A stretch of 64,000 nt of DNA from an uncultured Alphaproteobacteria bacterium (GCA_902602845.1 CACKSN010000002.1:11303-75302), one strand, 5' to 3'. Positions 37,924 to 51,601 are shown, counted from the first letter of the stretch. Numbers and translations: made by a program. Notes: a model not told the origin generated them from the sequence alone.

Positions 37924-39845
37924 GTGAAAAGATAATAATTACATTTCCAGATGGAAATAAAAAGGAAGTTGATAAAGGTATCAATGGTCTAGAATTGGCA
38001 TCGCAAATTTCTAAATCTCTTGCCAAAGAATCAGTCGCTATAAAAATTAATAATGAGATAAAAGATATTAGTTTACCTATTAATGGTGATGCTGCTGTAG
38101 CGATTTTAAAAAGAGATAGCGAGGAAGCACTTGAATTAATACGACATGATTGTGCTCATGTAATGGCAGAAGCTGTCCAGGAATTATTCCCTGGAACACA
38201 AGTTACAATTGGTCCAGCAATTGAAAATGGTTTCTATTATGATTTTGCAAGAGATGAACCTTTTACTGTTGCAGATCTTCCAAAAATTGAAAAGAAGATG
38301 CACGATATCATTCAAAGAAATAAAAATTTTATAAAAGAAGTATGGTCTAAAGAAGAATCGATAAAATATTTTAAAGACAGAGGTGAAGACTATAAAGTTG
38401 AATTAATTAATGATCTGCCTAATAATGAGGAAATCAGTATTTACAAACAAGGTGATTGGTTGGACTTGTGCCGAGGCCCTCATATGGTTTCAACAAAACA
38501 AATTGGCAAAGCATTTAAACTAATGAAAGTTGCTGGTGCTTACTGGCGAGGTGATTCATCTAATACAATGCTAACAAGAATTTATGGAACGGCCTGGGCA
38601 ACAGAAAAAGATCTTGAGCAACACCTTTTACAAATTGAAGAAGCAGAAAAAAGAGATCACCGAAAACTAGGAAGAGAGATGGATTTATTTCATTTTCAGG
38701 AAGAGGCTCCTGGAGCAGTGTTTTGGCATCCTAAGGGTTGGACATTATTCCAATCATTAATAAATTATATGCGAGACAGACAAGACAAAGCAGGTTACGT
38801 AGAAACCAATACACCAGACATGATGGATAAGTCTCTATGGGAAACGTCTGGTCACTGGGACAAATTTAGTGACATGATGTTTAGAACTGAAGCAAAAGAT
38901 GATAAAATTTATGCTATTAAACCAATGAATTGCCCTGGTGCTGTAGAAATTTTTAAACAAGGGTTAAAAAGTTATAGAGACTTACCATTTCTTTTATCTG
39001 AATTTGGAAAAGTACATCGTTATGAACCATCGGGTGCTCTTCATGGATTAATGAGGGTACGAGCATTCACACAAGATGATGCTCATATATTTTGTACAGA
39101 AGATCAAATTACACAAGAAAGTAAAATAGTATGTGATTTGATACTCAGTATCTATAAGGACTTTGGTTTCGATAATGTTAGAATTAAATTTTCTGACCGT
39201 CCTGAAAAACGAGTAGGGGATGATGTTATTTGGGATAAAGCTGAGGCTGCATTAATGCAGGCCATGGAAGCAACAGGTCTAGAATACACACTCAACCCAG
39301 GAGAAGGTGCTTTTTACGGACCAAAATTAGAGTTTGTTTTACGTGATGCAATTGGCAGAGACTGGCAATGTGGAACATTACAAGTAGATTTAAATTTACC
39401 TGGAAGATTGGGAGCTACTTATATTGGTGAAGATGGTAATAAAAAAATACCAGTCATGTTGCATCGAGCTTTATTTGGTTCCTTAGAGAGATTTACCGGC
39501 ATTTTAATTGAACATTATGCAGGCCATCTTCCGTTTTGGCTTTCACCATTGCAAGCAGTAGTTGCTACAATTACATCTGATACTGATGAGTATGCTTATG
39601 AGGTACAAAAAGCATTAGTATCAAAAGGAATTAGATCCAAAATAGATACACGTAATGAAAAAATTGGTTATAAAATACGTGAACACAGTAATAGTAAAGT
39701 GCCAACGATTATCGCTGTTGGAAAAAAAGAGGCTCAAGATAAAACAGTATCTGTTAGAAGAATTGGATCTTCTGAAACAAAGACCTTTAAATTAGAAGAA
39801 ATTGTTACTAGTTTATCAAAAGAAGCAAAATCACCAATAGAATAA
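37920..39845 (+). CDS. thrS: Threonine--tRNA ligase
   Basis: TGS domain plus DLCRGPH, RDHRKLG, KPMNCP, FYGPK and [11 protein letters not shown]. Confidence 0.97.
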   Translation: MSEKIIITFPDGNKKEVDKGINGLELASQISKSLAKESVAIKINNEIKDISLPINGDAAVAILKRDSEEALELIRHDCAHVMAEAVQELFPGTQVTIGPAIENGFYYDFARDEPFTVADLPKIEKKMHDIIQRNKNFIKEVWSKEESIKYFKDRGEDYKVELINDLPNNEEISIYKQGDWLDLCRGPHMVSTKQIGKAFKLMKVAGAYWRGDSSNTMLTRIYGTAWATEKDLEQHLLQIEEAEKRDHRKLGREMDLFHFQEEAPGAVFWHPKGWTLFQSLINYMRDRQDKAGYVETNTPDMMDKSLWETSGHWDKFSDMMFRTEAKDDKIYAIKPMNCPGAVEIFKQGLKSYRDLPFLLSEFGKVHRYEPSGALHGLMRVRAFTQDDAHIFCTEDQITQESKIVCDLILSIYKDFGFDNVRIKFSDRPEKRVGDDVIWDKAEAALMQAMEATGLEYTLNPGEGAFYGPKLEFVLRDAIGRDWQCGTLQVDLNLPGRLGATYIGEDGNKKIPVMLHRALFGSLERFTGILIEHYAGHLPFWLSPLQAVVATITSDTDEYAYEVQKALVSKGIRSKIDTRNEKIGYKIREHSNSKVPTIIAVGKKEAQDKTVSVRRIGSSETKTFKLEEIVTSLSKEAKSPIE

Positions 39846-39848
39846 AAA

Positions 39849-40850
39849 ATGAATAACATGCAAGGTAAGTTTCCAAGTACTAGACTTAGACGTAATAGAA
39901 TGAAAGAATTTTCTCGTCGTTTAGTTTCTGAAAATACTCTTAGTGTTAATGATTTAATCCTGCCTCTATTTGTATGTGAGGGAAACAAGGTTGATGATCC
40001 TATCAATTCGATGCCTGGTGTTAGCAGATACTCTATTGATAAACTTTTAAGCAAAGTAGAAAAAGCTGTTAAACTAAAAATTCCTGCTATTGCAATTTTT
40101 CCTCAAATTGAAAGTGGTCTTAAAAATTCTGAGGGAAGTTTAGCTGTAGATGAAAACAATTTGGTGTGCAGATCGATTAAAAGTATAAAAAAAGATTTTC
40201 CAAATATTGGTATTGTATGTGATGTTGCGTTAGATCCTTTTACGGATCATGGACATGATGGTTTGGTTATAAATGACAAAATAGATAATGATAAAACCTT
40301 GGAGGTTTTGGAACGACAAGCTCTAATTCAAGCAAATGCTGGTTGTGATGTAATCGCCCCGTCAGATATGATGGACGGTAGAGTTGGAAGAATAAGAAGT
40401 GCATTAGATTCAAATAATTTAATAGATACCCTTATACTATCTTACGCTGCTAAATATGCTTCAGGTTTTTATGGTCCTTTTAGAGATGCTATAGGCTCTG
40501 GTTCTAATTTAGGTAAAGATGGTAAATTAACATATCAAATGGACCCATCAAATAGTGATGAAGCAATTAGAGAAGTTGGATTAGATATAAGTGAAGGAGC
40601 GGATTTGGTAATGGTTAAACCTGGTATGCCGTATCTTGATATTATTTCTAGGATAAAATCAGAATTTAAAATTCCAACCTTTGCCTATCAAGTATCTGGT
40701 GAATATTCCATGATAAAAGAGTCAATTAATAAAGGTTGGCTTAATGAAAAAGTTATAATGGAATCTCTTTTATCTTTTAAAAGAGCTGGAGCAAATGGTA
40801 TACTAACCTACTTTGCATTAGAAGCTGCTGAAAAATTAAAAAATGAATAA
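39849..40850 (+). CDS. hemB: Porphobilinogen synthase (non-zinc, Asp-rich metal site)
   Basis: [33 protein letters not shown] and AYQVSGEY motifs. Confidence 0.95.
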   Translation: MNNMQGKFPSTRLRRNRMKEFSRRLVSENTLSVNDLILPLFVCEGNKVDDPINSMPGVSRYSIDKLLSKVEKAVKLKIPAIAIFPQIESGLKNSEGSLAVDENNLVCRSIKSIKKDFPNIGIVCDVALDPFTDHGHDGLVINDKIDNDKTLEVLERQALIQANAGCDVIAPSDMMDGRVGRIRSALDSNNLIDTLILSYAAKYASGFYGPFRDAIGSGSNLGKDGKLTYQMDPSNSDEAIREVGLDISEGADLVMVKPGMPYLDIISRIKSEFKIPTFAYQVSGEYSMIKESINKGWLNEKVIMESLLSFKRAGANGILTYFALEAAEKLKNE

Positions 40851-41316
40851 CATTCAATTTGAAAAAAGAAAATCTATAGAACAAGTTGAGGAGTCAGATG
40901 AACTTGCTCCAAAATTTGATTCAAATGGTCTAATACCTGTTGTAACAACAGATTTTTCGTCTGGTGAACTACTTATGCAAGGATATATGAATGAAGAGGC
41001 TTTTAAAAAAACCATAAGTTTAGGCGAAGCAGTTTATTTTTCTAGAAGTAGAAATACACTTTGGCATAAGGGCAAAACAAGTGGATTAACTCAGAAGATA
41101 AAAGAAATAAGAATTGATGATGATCAAGATTGTGTATGGTTAAGAGTTGATGTCATAGGTGGAGCTAGCTGTCATGTGGGATATAGATCATGTTTTTATA
41201 GAAGTATTCCTTTAGATAATTCTAGCTCTAAAGTTGTTCTTAAATTTGAAGAGAAAGAAAAAGTTTTTGATCCTGAAGAAGTATACAAGAGTGCCCCAAA
41301 TCCGACTAAACTATAA
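40843..41316 (+). CDS. hisI: Phosphoribosyl-AMP cyclohydrolase
   Basis: [26 protein letters not shown] and [10 protein letters not shown] motifs. Confidence 0.92.
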   Translation: MNNIQFEKRKSIEQVEESDELAPKFDSNGLIPVVTTDFSSGELLMQGYMNEEAFKKTISLGEAVYFSRSRNTLWHKGKTSGLTQKIKEIRIDDDQDCVWLRVDVIGGASCHVGYRSCFYRSIPLDNSSSKVVLKFEEKEKVFDPEEVYKSAPNPTKL

Positions 41317-41906
41317 TGTCAGACAAATTAAAGTTTATTGAAACTAGCAAACTTCCAACAGATATTGGAGAGTTCACTGTACATGCCTTTACAGATGAAA
41401 ACGAATCTAAAGATCATTTAGCAATATGTATGGGTGACCTGCTTACCGATGAACCAGTTTTATCAAGAATTCATTCGCAATGTATTACAGGAGAATCTTT
41501 TTTTAGTATGAGGTGTGATTGTAGATTTCAACTAACTGAATCATTAAAACAAATTGCTCAAATTGGCAGAGGGGTGATTTTTTATCTTCAACAAGAAGGA
41601 AGAGGCATTGGTCTTTCAAATAAAATTAAAGCATATAGTTTACAAGACAAGGGGCTAGATACAGTTGAAGCTAATCATCAATTAGGCTTCAAAGATGATG
41701 AGAGAACATACGAAAATATTGCTGGAATGGTAAAATATTTAGCAATCAAAAAATTAGATTTGATGACTAATAATCCAAAAAAAATAAAAGCGCTCGAAGA
41801 TATGGGTATCAAAGTAAACCAAAGAATTCCTATTTTCTCAGATACAAATAAATATAATGAAAAATATATCTCAACTAAGAAAAGTAAACTTGGTCATTTA
41901 ATCTAA
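41316..41906 (+). CDS. ribA: GTP cyclohydrolase II
   Basis: RIHSQCITGE..S.RCDC, QEGRGIGL, DTVEAN and MTNNP motifs. Confidence 0.93.
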   Translation: MSDKLKFIETSKLPTDIGEFTVHAFTDENESKDHLAICMGDLLTDEPVLSRIHSQCITGESFFSMRCDCRFQLTESLKQIAQIGRGVIFYLQQEGRGIGLSNKIKAYSLQDKGLDTVEANHQLGFKDDERTYENIAGMVKYLAIKKLDLMTNNPKKIKALEDMGIKVNQRIPIFSDTNKYNEKYISTKKSKLGHLI

Positions 41907-42311
41907 GTGGAAGCAGATAACTTAATAAAAAAACTCAAAATGATTAGTCACCCTGAAGGGGGGTATTATGTTGAAAAATTTAAAAACGATAATGTTAGTC
42001 AAATTTATTACTTATTAAAAAAGAGTGAGAAATCTCATTGGCATCGATTGACAAAAAATGAAATATTACATTTTTATTCTGGAGATCCTCTAGAAGTTTT
42101 TACATCAAGTGATGGAATTGATTATGAAGTTTTTTCTTTAGGGTCAGATCATAATTATATTTATACTGTAACAGCAAACACATGGTTTGCGATGAAATCT
42201 TCTGGTTCTTTCAGTTTAATTGGGTGCACTGTCGCACCTGCTTTTGATTTTAATGATTTTGAACTCGCACCTGCGACGTGGCGACCTAAAAAATTCAAAA
42301 TTGAGTTATAG
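41907..42311 (+). CDS. Cupin domain protein (DUF985/Cupin_5)
   Basis: HPEGGYY, IYYLL, SHWHR, HFYSG and GCTVAPAFDF motifs. Confidence 0.85.
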   Translation: MEADNLIKKLKMISHPEGGYYVEKFKNDNVSQIYYLLKKSEKSHWHRLTKNEILHFYSGDPLEVFTSSDGIDYEVFSLGSDHNYIYTVTANTWFAMKSSGSFSLIGCTVAPAFDFNDFELAPATWRPKKFKIEL

Positions 42312-42371
42312 TTTTCACTTTTATTTAATTTAAATTCTTTATATATTAGACATAAATAACGGAGGTTCTAA

Positions 42372-44507
<2,136 letters not shown>

Positions 44508-44517
44508 TTCATTTTGA

Positions 44518-44548
44518 AAGAGTGGGTTTAGCCCACTCTTATTTTTTT
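44518..44548 (+). terminator. Intrinsic terminator of katG
   Basis: AAGAGTGGGT-TTA-GCCCACTCTT followed by ATTTTTTT. Confidence 0.8.
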
Positions 44549-44559
44549 ATTAGAATACT

Positions 44560-45003
44560 TTAGTAATTTTTTTCAATTTCTTCAATTAATTGTGCTGCAA
44601 ATTTTTTTGTTGGTCCTCGATATTTAAGTTCTTTTATATTCTCTAAATTACTTTTATCGTTTCCAACAATTACAAAACCAACCATTTTCCCTGTTTTATG
44701 GGGTGAACAAATATAAGCGTATATCCCTGGAATTGTAAAAGTAAATTCAGCATCTTGACTTATTGCTGATTTAAAATCTCCTACTCCTTCAGGAACACCA
44801 CCTTTCATAAATTCAACATTATGACTCTTTTCAACAGACTTCCAAATAATTGTATCACCGACATCTATTGAAGCAATTAATGGTTCATATCTTTGATTCT
44901 TTTTTTCTCCATTAAAGTTGGTCCACATTTCTACCTCAACTGTTTTTGCAAAAACATTAGTTGTAAAAAAAGAAATTAAAAATAAAATAAAATATAATCT
45001 CAT
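44560..45003 (-). CDS. Pseudoazurin/plastocyanin-like blue copper protein
   Basis: Signal peptide plus type-1 Cu ligands (SHNV and YICSPH...M). Start reset to 45003. Confidence 0.82.
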   Translation of the reverse strand: MRLYFILFLISFFTTNVFAKTVEVEMWTNFNGEKKNQRYEPLIASIDVGDTIIWKSVEKSHNVEFMKGGVPEGVGDFKSAISQDAEFTFTIPGIYAYICSPHKTGKMVGFVIVGNDKSNLENIKELKYRGPTKKFAAQLIEEIEKNY

Positions 45004-45007
45004 TTTA

Positions 45008-45328
45008 TTATTTTGGCATATTTGTAGCACCAGTTTCTAAAGAAACAATTTTACCATTTTCAATTTTAAAAACAGACATTACTGCCTGAGTATTGCCATC
45101 ATTAAAAGTAACGAATGAATGATGAACAGCTATTTCGTCATTCTCATATACAATTCTATCTTTATCAGAATTTATATCATCAGACATAGCCCAACCAACA
45201 ACATCAGATTTTGATAAAACATTTCCAGATGAATGCATTGTAAATTTAAAGTCATCGTGCAAGATGTCATTCATTTCAGCTTCATTTTTGTCTTTCATGG
45301 CTTTTTGGTATCTTTCCATTAAACTCAT
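45008..45328 (-). CDS. NTF2/SnoaL-like small protein
   Basis: 106 aa with ILHDDF and a C-terminal FKIENGKIV pattern. Confidence 0.65.
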   Translation of the reverse strand: MSLMERYQKAMKDKNEAEMNDILHDDFKFTMHSSGNVLSKSDVVGWAMSDDINSDKDRIVYENDEIAVHHSFVTFNDGNTQAVMSVFKIENGKIVSLETGATNMPK

Positions 45329-45346
45329 ATCTTTTTCCTTTCTTAA

Positions 45347-45640
45347 CTAACCTGAAAAGTTAGTGACCGCTTCAGAAGTCATTGGTGTCATTACTGTAGT
45401 TTCCACCATAGCACCAGCGTCAATTCTTCTTTGTGTTAATTCTTCATCATTTTTGAAACCCATCATACCCTCAGGTGTAGCAAAATCTATAATGACAGTT
45501 AACTTGTTATCGTTATCTTTTTCAGTTGCTGCAAATATACACGTCATACCATGTTCTTTGAGTTTATGGCCATTGGCTAGAAGCATTTCTTTCCAAGGCC
45601 CAAAACCATTTTTTAAATCTTGCGTTAATTTAACTAACAT
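45347..45640 (-). CDS. Small hypothetical protein (dimeric alpha-beta barrel / DUF3764-like)
   Basis: 97 aa from the ATG at 45640, preceded by AAGGAG. F..W...........G....F......N.L.VI pattern with C-terminal AGA. Confidence 0.5.
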   Translation of the reverse strand: MLVKLTQDLKNGFGPWKEMLLANGHKLKEHGMTCIFAATEKDNDNKLTVIIDFATPEGMMGFKNDEELTQRRIDAGAMVETTVMTPMTSEAVTNFSG

Positions 45641-45710
45641 ACTAGCTCCTTTTTTTATTTCTATATATATAATGTTAAAAAGTTTAAAAATTATTAAAAT
45701 GAAACAATAA

Positions 45711-46682
45711 TTATCTTTCTTTAATATAGGGCTGTCCAATTGCATTAGGCGCAATTGCTTTTCCTACAAAACCAGCAAGTAGTACGACTGTTAATACATA
45801 TGGTATTGCTTGTATTAACTGTACTGGTATTTCACCTATCGCTGGTAATTCTACTCCTTGAAGTCGTATTTGAAGAGCATCAGTAAATCCAAATAGTAAA
45901 CAAGCAATTAAAGCAGTTTTAGGGTGCCACTTGCCAAATATCATAGCTGCTAAAGCTAAATATCCCCTTCCAGCTGACATCTCTCTAAAGAAATTTGCAT
46001 TAACTGCTGTTGATAGATGTGCGCCTGCAAAAGCAATTAAAACTCCGTTGATTGCTAGCGCTTTATATCTCATCGCAAAAACATTGATACCAGCAGTATC
46101 AACAGCACTTGGGTTTTCTCCCACTGCTCTTAGTCTTAATCCAAAGCTGGTTTTAAAAACAACCCAAAAAACTAGTGGAACTGAAAGATAGGCTAAGTAA
46201 ACAAAAATGTAATGTCCACTTAGTATATCGCTATAAATTGTACCCACTATTGGAACATCTTTTAAACTCTCTGCAAACGGAAGGTTAACTTCTAAAAATC
46301 GTTGATCCTCATTAAGAGTTGGTGTCAGACCTGCTTGACCAAACCAGGCAGCTGCGAGAGCTGTGGTCAAACCAATTATTAAAATATTAATAGCAACGCA
46401 TGATACAACTTGATCACCCTTATAAGTAACAGATGCAAAACCATGTAACATCGATAGACTAACACAAGCAATGATAGCCAGCAAAAGACCAAGCCATGGA
46501 TTTCCTAAAAAATAAGAACCAACTGCTGCTACAAAAGCTGCCATTAGCATTTTTCCCTCCAAGCTAAAATCAATGACACCTGATCTTTCAGCAAAAATAC
46601 CTGCCATAGCTGCAAAAACTAATGGTGTTGATATTCTTAAAGTAGAATTTATTAAGGATGCAATATCAGATAAAAATTCCAT
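45711..46682 (-). CDS. Nucleoside ABC transporter permease (CUT2, NupC-like)
   Basis: ERSGV...LEG, FGLRLRAVGENP and GRGYLALAAMIFGKW motifs. Confidence 0.88.
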   Translation of the reverse strand: MEFLSDIASLINSTLRISTPLVFAAMAGIFAERSGVIDFSLEGKMLMAAFVAAVGSYFLGNPWLGLLLAIIACVSLSMLHGFASVTYKGDQVVSCVAINILIIGLTTALAAAWFGQAGLTPTLNEDQRFLEVNLPFAESLKDVPIVGTIYSDILSGHYIFVYLAYLSVPLVFWVVFKTSFGLRLRAVGENPSAVDTAGINVFAMRYKALAINGVLIAFAGAHLSTAVNANFFREMSAGRGYLALAAMIFGKWHPKTALIACLLFGFTDALQIRLQGVELPAIGEIPVQLIQAIPYVLTVVLLAGFVGKAIAPNAIGQPYIKER

Positions 46683-47797
46683 TAAGCATTTGCCTTCATG
46701 TTTAGTCTATTTACGAAGAAGCTTTCAATTTGTGGTCTAAATAAATTCTCTAGAGCACCACTAAATAAAATAATTACTCCTTGAACAGCTACAAACATGT
46801 ATCTTGTAATGTTTGGCATATCAAATGTTACTTCAGATCCACCTTGGTACAAGATACCAAATAAAAATGCAGCTGGAAAAATTCCTATTGGGTGATTTCT
46901 TCCCATTAACGCAACAGCTATTCCCGTGAAGCCATATCCTGCTGGAAAACCTGCTACTATTTTATGATGAACGCCTAATATTTCATTAACCCCTAATAAT
47001 CCTGCTAAACCTCCAGAAATACACATTGCAATAATTATATTTTTATATGGCGAGATACCTGCATAAATTGCTGCTTGCGTATTGTGGCCAACAGCTCTCA
47101 TTTCATAACCCCATCTGGTTTTCCAAACTAAGAACCATACAAAAACAGACGCGGCAATTGCCAACAAAAAAGAAATATTTAAAGGAGAGTATCTTATCTT
47201 GATTCCAAATAGAGCAGCAAAATCTTTAAAACTTGGAAACCATTGCTCCTCTGGTAAAGCAATTGTATGTGGGCCCATTTGTGCCGTGTCTCTTATTACA
47301 TCGACTAATAAGAAAACCATCAGTGATGCGGCTATAAAATTAAACATGATTGTGGTAATTACTACGTGACTACCTCTAGTTGCCTGAAGATATGCGGGTA
47401 TAAATGCCCAAGCTGCTCCAAAGACAACAGCGCCGGCGATAGATAATAACCATATTATTGGCACGGGTAAAAAACTAAAATTTATCGCAACTAAAAAAAC
47501 ACCAAGTCCACCAATATAGGCTTGGCCCTCTCCACCTATATTGAAAAGCCTACAATGAAATGCGACCGCAAATGCTAAACCGGTAAATACAAAATTTGTA
47601 GTATAATAAAGTGTATAGGCAAAACCTTCAATATAGCCAAAAGAACCATAAATGATTAATCTTACAGCCTCGTAAGGATTTTCTCCTGCAATAAATATAA
47701 ACAAACCTGATACGAGTAATGCTAAGGTTAGATTTACAAGTGGGACAATAAGATTTGAAACCCACCAAGGTACTTTAGATTTATCTACAGGTGCCAT
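46682..47797 (-). CDS. Nucleoside ABC transporter permease (CUT2, NupB-like)
   Basis: LFNIGGEGQ, VITTIMFNF and GYGFTGIAVALMGRNHP motifs. Confidence 0.88.
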   Translation of the reverse strand: MAPVDKSKVPWWVSNLIVPLVNLTLALLVSGLFIFIAGENPYEAVRLIIYGSFGYIEGFAYTLYYTTNFVFTGLAFAVAFHCRLFNIGGEGQAYIGGLGVFLVAINFSFLPVPIIWLLSIAGAVVFGAAWAFIPAYLQATRGSHVVITTIMFNFIAASLMVFLLVDVIRDTAQMGPHTIALPEEQWFPSFKDFAALFGIKIRYSPLNISFLLAIAASVFVWFLVWKTRWGYEMRAVGHNTQAAIYAGISPYKNIIIAMCISGGLAGLLGVNEILGVHHKIVAGFPAGYGFTGIAVALMGRNHPIGIFPAAFLFGILYQGGSEVTFDMPNITRYMFVAVQGVIILFSGALENLFRPQIESFFVNRLNMKANA

Positions 47798-49317
47798 TAT
47801 ACAACTCCTGCCATCAATAAACCTAATTCACGATCAGTTACATTTTTATTGTCTTTTTCACCAACTATCTTTCCATCAAACATTACAACAATTCTATCCG
47901 ACAATGAAAGTACCTCATCTAATTCAACAGATACCAAAAGTATAGCTGCTCCTCTGTCTCTCATGTCTATCAATCTTTGATGAATAAATTCAATTGCACC
48001 AATGTCTACACCTCTTGTTGGCTGACCAACTAATAATACTTTTGGATTTTCATTAAGTTCTCTGCTTAAGATTATTTTTTGTTGATTTCCACCAGAAAAA
48101 TTAGATGTAATTAAGTTTGGCGATTGAGGTCTTACATCATACTCTTCCATAATTTTCTTAGAATGAGAAATTATATCGCTATGATTTAAAACTGATGACT
48201 TAGAAAAAGGTTGTTGATCGTGGTAACCAAAAATTAAATTTTCATAAGCTTTAAAATCTGTAACTAGACCCATCCTCTGTCTATCCTCAGGAACATGAGC
48301 TAACCCTTTGTCTTTTAACTCTCTTGGATCCAAGAAGTTTTGACTATCCGATACTTTTTTTCCTTCTAAATATATTTCTCCAGACTCAACTTTTCTTATA
48401 CCAGAGAGCGCTTCTAATAATTCTGTTTGTCCATTTCCAGTAACACCCGCTAGACCTAATATCTCTCCAGCACGAATTTCTAAATCAACATTCTTTACTC
48501 TTGTTACATCTAGATCATCTTTAACTGTAAGATTCTTAACTTTGAATAAAACCTCTCCTGCTTTTAACTGAGATTTATCAAGTCTTAACAACACACTTCT
48601 CCCAACCATCATCTCAGCCAATTGTTCTTTATTTGTGTTTGCTGTTTTTGTATGACCAACCATTTCACCTTGGCGCATCACTGATACTTCACTTGTTAAA
48701 TCCATAATTTCAATTAATTTATGAGTAATTAAAACTATAGTTTTACCTTCATCTTTAAGAGATCTTAATATTTTGAATAATTCATCAACCTCTTGAGGTG
48801 TCAAAACACCTGTGGGCTCATCTAATATAAGAATTTCTGCACCTCTGTATAATGATTTTAAAATTTCAACTCTTTGACGAAATCCAACTGATAGATCTGA
48901 TATAGTTGAGTTTAGATCAATATTTAGTTTGTAGGTGTCACATAAATTTTTTAAATCTTTTTTGGCTTTTTCTAAATTTTTACCGAATACTAATTCACCT
49001 TCAAATCCTAAAATAATATTTTCAAGAACTGTAAAATTTTCTACCAGCATAAAATGTTGGTGCACCATACCAATACCATTTGTTATAGAGTCTTTAGGGG
49101 ACTTAAGATTTATTTCCTTTCCATTAACTTTGATTGTTCCTGAGTTCGCTTGATAAAGACCAAACACGATACTCATCAACGTTGATTTACCAGCTCCATT
49201 TTCACCTATAATTCCATGGATTGTTCCTTTGTTAATCTTAAGATTTATATTTTTATTAGCATGAACATGCCCAAAGGATTTATTTATATTTGTTAATTCT
49301 AGGATTGGCGAGACCAT
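47797..49317 (-). CDS. Nucleoside ABC transporter ATP-binding protein (two-domain)
   Basis: GENGAGKST, GMVHQHF, SGGNQQK and QPTRGVD motifs. Confidence 0.9.
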   Translation of the reverse strand: MVSPILELTNINKSFGHVHANKNINLKINKGTIHGIIGENGAGKSTLMSIVFGLYQANSGTIKVNGKEINLKSPKDSITNGIGMVHQHFMLVENFTVLENIILGFEGELVFGKNLEKAKKDLKNLCDTYKLNIDLNSTISDLSVGFRQRVEILKSLYRGAEILILDEPTGVLTPQEVDELFKILRSLKDEGKTIVLITHKLIEIMDLTSEVSVMRQGEMVGHTKTANTNKEQLAEMMVGRSVLLRLDKSQLKAGEVLFKVKNLTVKDDLDVTRVKNVDLEIRAGEILGLAGVTGNGQTELLEALSGIRKVESGEIYLEGKKVSDSQNFLDPRELKDKGLAHVPEDRQRMGLVTDFKAYENLIFGYHDQQPFSKSSVLNHSDIISHSKKIMEEYDVRPQSPNLITSNFSGGNQQKIILSRELNENPKVLLVGQPTRGVDIGAIEFIHQRLIDMRDRGAAILLVSVELDEVLSLSDRIVVMFDGKIVGEKDNKNVTDRELGLLMAGVV

Positions 49318-49364
49318 AAAACTTTTAAATCTTAGGTCTCACCAAATGATTTATAATATTGCTA

Positions 49365-50342
49365 CTACTCTTGTGACCAGTCAGCTACTTCCATTGAGCC
49401 ACTAACAATTTCAGCTGCTGCTGCTTCTACTGCTGACTCCATTGCAGAAGTTACCATACCATCTGCAGTGGCATATCCTACCATACCTTCAGCCAAACCT
49501 AGGATATGTATTCCAGCTTCAAACCTTCCCGCCTCTGTCTTTTGTGCTTGCTCAAATATTGTTAAGTCCAGACGCTTTAACATAGATGTAAGCATATTGC
49601 CTGGGTGCATCCAATTTTGATTTGTATCAACACCAATACCCATGATACCTGCATCAGCTGCTGCTTGAAGAACACCAATACCGGTTCCACCTGCTGCTTG
49701 ATAAACAACATCGGCACCACCATCAATCTGCGCTTTTGTTAATTCGGCGCCCTTAGTTGGATTGTTCCAAGCTTCTGGAGTTGTACCAGTCATGTTAGCT
49801 AAAACAGTAATGTTAGGATTAACATACTGCGCCCCTTGTTCGTATCCACCTTGGAACTTTCTAATTAATGGAATATCCATTCCACCAACAAATCCAATTG
49901 TTCCGCTTTCAGACGCCATAGCTGCAATCATACCAACTAAAAATGAGCCCTCATGTTCTTTATAACAAGCTTGATAAATATTACTTGCCGGATCATCTAC
50001 CCAACAAACATCAACTGCAACAAAATTTATGTCAGGATAGTCTGGAGCCACTGCTGCTACAGCATCAGCTTGAGCAAATCCCATTGCTACGATTAATGAC
50101 GCACCTCTATCTGCAATTTTACGCATACCTTGTTCAATTTGCGTATTATTAGAGGCTTCAAATTCAACCATGTCCCAACCAAGTTCATTTTGAACTCTTA
50201 GCGCACTTTCATATGCTAATTCGTTAAATGATTTATCGAACTTACCTCCAGAATCATAAACAACTCCGATTTTGTTTGCAAACGCACTTGAAGAAAATAC
50301 AAGAGCGAAAGAAACAGTAAAAATACTTAAAATTTTCTTCAT
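49365..50342 (-). CDS. BMP-family nucleoside-binding protein
   Basis: GGKFDKSFN, EHEGSFLVG, GFVGGMDIP, AAGGTG, IGVD and LTSMLKR motifs. Confidence 0.9.
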   Translation of the reverse strand: MKKILSIFTVSFALVFSSSAFANKIGVVYDSGGKFDKSFNELAYESALRVQNELGWDMVEFEASNNTQIEQGMRKIADRGASLIVAMGFAQADAVAAVAPDYPDINFVAVDVCWVDDPASNIYQACYKEHEGSFLVGMIAAMASESGTIGFVGGMDIPLIRKFQGGYEQGAQYVNPNITVLANMTGTTPEAWNNPTKGAELTKAQIDGGADVVYQAAGGTGIGVLQAAADAGIMGIGVDTNQNWMHPGNMLTSMLKRLDLTIFEQAQKTEAGRFEAGIHILGLAEGMVGYATADGMVTSAMESAVEAAAAEIVSGSMEVADWSQE

Positions 50343-50459
50343 ATCAAAAATCCCCCTTAAATATGAATTATAGATATCCCATTGATAACATTTTCTTGAT
50401 AAAAAAATGCATTAAAAAATAAGATAATAGATAAATAATATGATTTTTTATGGATAACT

Positions 50460-51080
50460 TCAAGTTCCCATGTACCTATCGCCTGCGTCACCTAGGCCTG
50501 GTACAATGAACTTATTTTTATTCAGCTTAGCATCGATATTACACGTAAATATATGAATACCTTTTTGCTTTTTTTGGATATTTTTAATACCCTCGGGAGC
50601 AGCAAGTAAAGACACCAAAAATATATCTTTAATATTAACACCTTTATTTTTAATTAAATTGATTGCAGCAATTGAAGAATTGCCTGTGGCCAACATTGGG
50701 TCTAAGATCAGCACTTTCTTATTTTTAACTCTAGGCAGTTTAAACAGATATTCTACAGGCTCATAAGTTTGTTCGTCACGGTATAAACCAATATGACCTT
50801 TTTCAGCTTCTGGTAAAAACTTTGCAAAGCCCTCAAGCAGCCCTAAACCAGCGCGTAGAATTGGCACTAAGATAATTGGTTGACCTAGGTCTGTTCCGCT
50901 CATTTTTTTTAGCGGGGTTTCAATTGTTTGTTTTTTAAATGCTACGTATTGTAGGACATCAGCAGCGATAAGGTAACTAATTTCATTCATAGTTTGTCTA
51001 AAAACAGTATTTGATGTTTTTTTATTTCGTAAAATTGTTAATTTGTATTGAACGAATGGTGATTTAATTACTGTAATCAT
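50460..51080 (-). CDS. upp: Uracil phosphoribosyltransferase
   Basis: PILRAG, GHIGLYRDE, DPMLATGNS and PGLGDAGDR motifs. Confidence 0.95.
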   Translation of the reverse strand: MITVIKSPFVQYKLTILRNKKTSNTVFRQTMNEISYLIAADVLQYVAFKKQTIETPLKKMSGTDLGQPIILVPILRAGLGLLEGFAKFLPEAEKGHIGLYRDEQTYEPVEYLFKLPRVKNKKVLILDPMLATGNSSIAAINLIKNKGVNIKDIFLVSLLAAPEGIKNIQKKQKGIHIFTCNIDAKLNKNKFIVPGLGDAGDRYMGT

Positions 51081-51115
51081 ATACGATTACATATATAGAA
51101 ATCTCACTAAGAGCA

Positions 51116-51601
51116 ATGCGGTTATCAATTTATTTTTTAACATTAATTTTTTTGTCTAGCTGTACGTCTATTGAAGTTGGAAGAGAAGTTGTTAAAGTTG
51201 GGACCGTTGTAAAAGATAAAGTTGAGGAAACTATTATAAGAAAAGAGCCAGAAATTATTGAAGATAAAACTATTGTTGAAGAACAAGAGGTTATAACTGA
51301 AGAAAAAGAAGAGAAAAAAACTATAATTAAGGAACAACAAAAAATTGCGGAAGTGAATTTTATGGGAAAACAACTTTCTGAGATAAAACAAAAGCTAGGA
51401 AAGCCTAATTTAGCACGCTCTGATGGTTCAGTTCATATGATTCGATATGATAGTAGCTCATGCAGATTATTTATCTTCTTCAATTTACATTCTAGTATTA
51501 AAAGGGTAGAATATTTTGAGTTTCGAGACTCTATAGGAGAACTTTTAGATACAAAACAGTCGATAGAAGAATGTTATAAAGAATACGACTTTACTAGCTA
51601 A
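51116..51601 (+). CDS. Hypothetical lipoprotein
   Basis: Lipobox LSSC, a Glu/Lys-rich linker and an LGKP...RY....CRL.IF domain. Confidence 0.6.
   Translation: MRLSIYFLTLIFLSSCTSIEVGREVVKVGTVVKDKVEETIIRKEPEIIEDKTIVEEQEVITEEKEEKKTIIKEQQKIAEVNFMGKQLSEIKQKLGKPNLARSDGSVHMIRYDSSSCRLFIFFNLHSSIKRVEYFEFRDSIGELLDTKQSIEECYKEYDFTS

Noticed and set aside
42308-42345. OxyR-like ATAG-N7 spaced motif upstream of katG
   Set aside because: Only one of four tetramers matches fully, which is not distinguishable from AT-rich background by eye.
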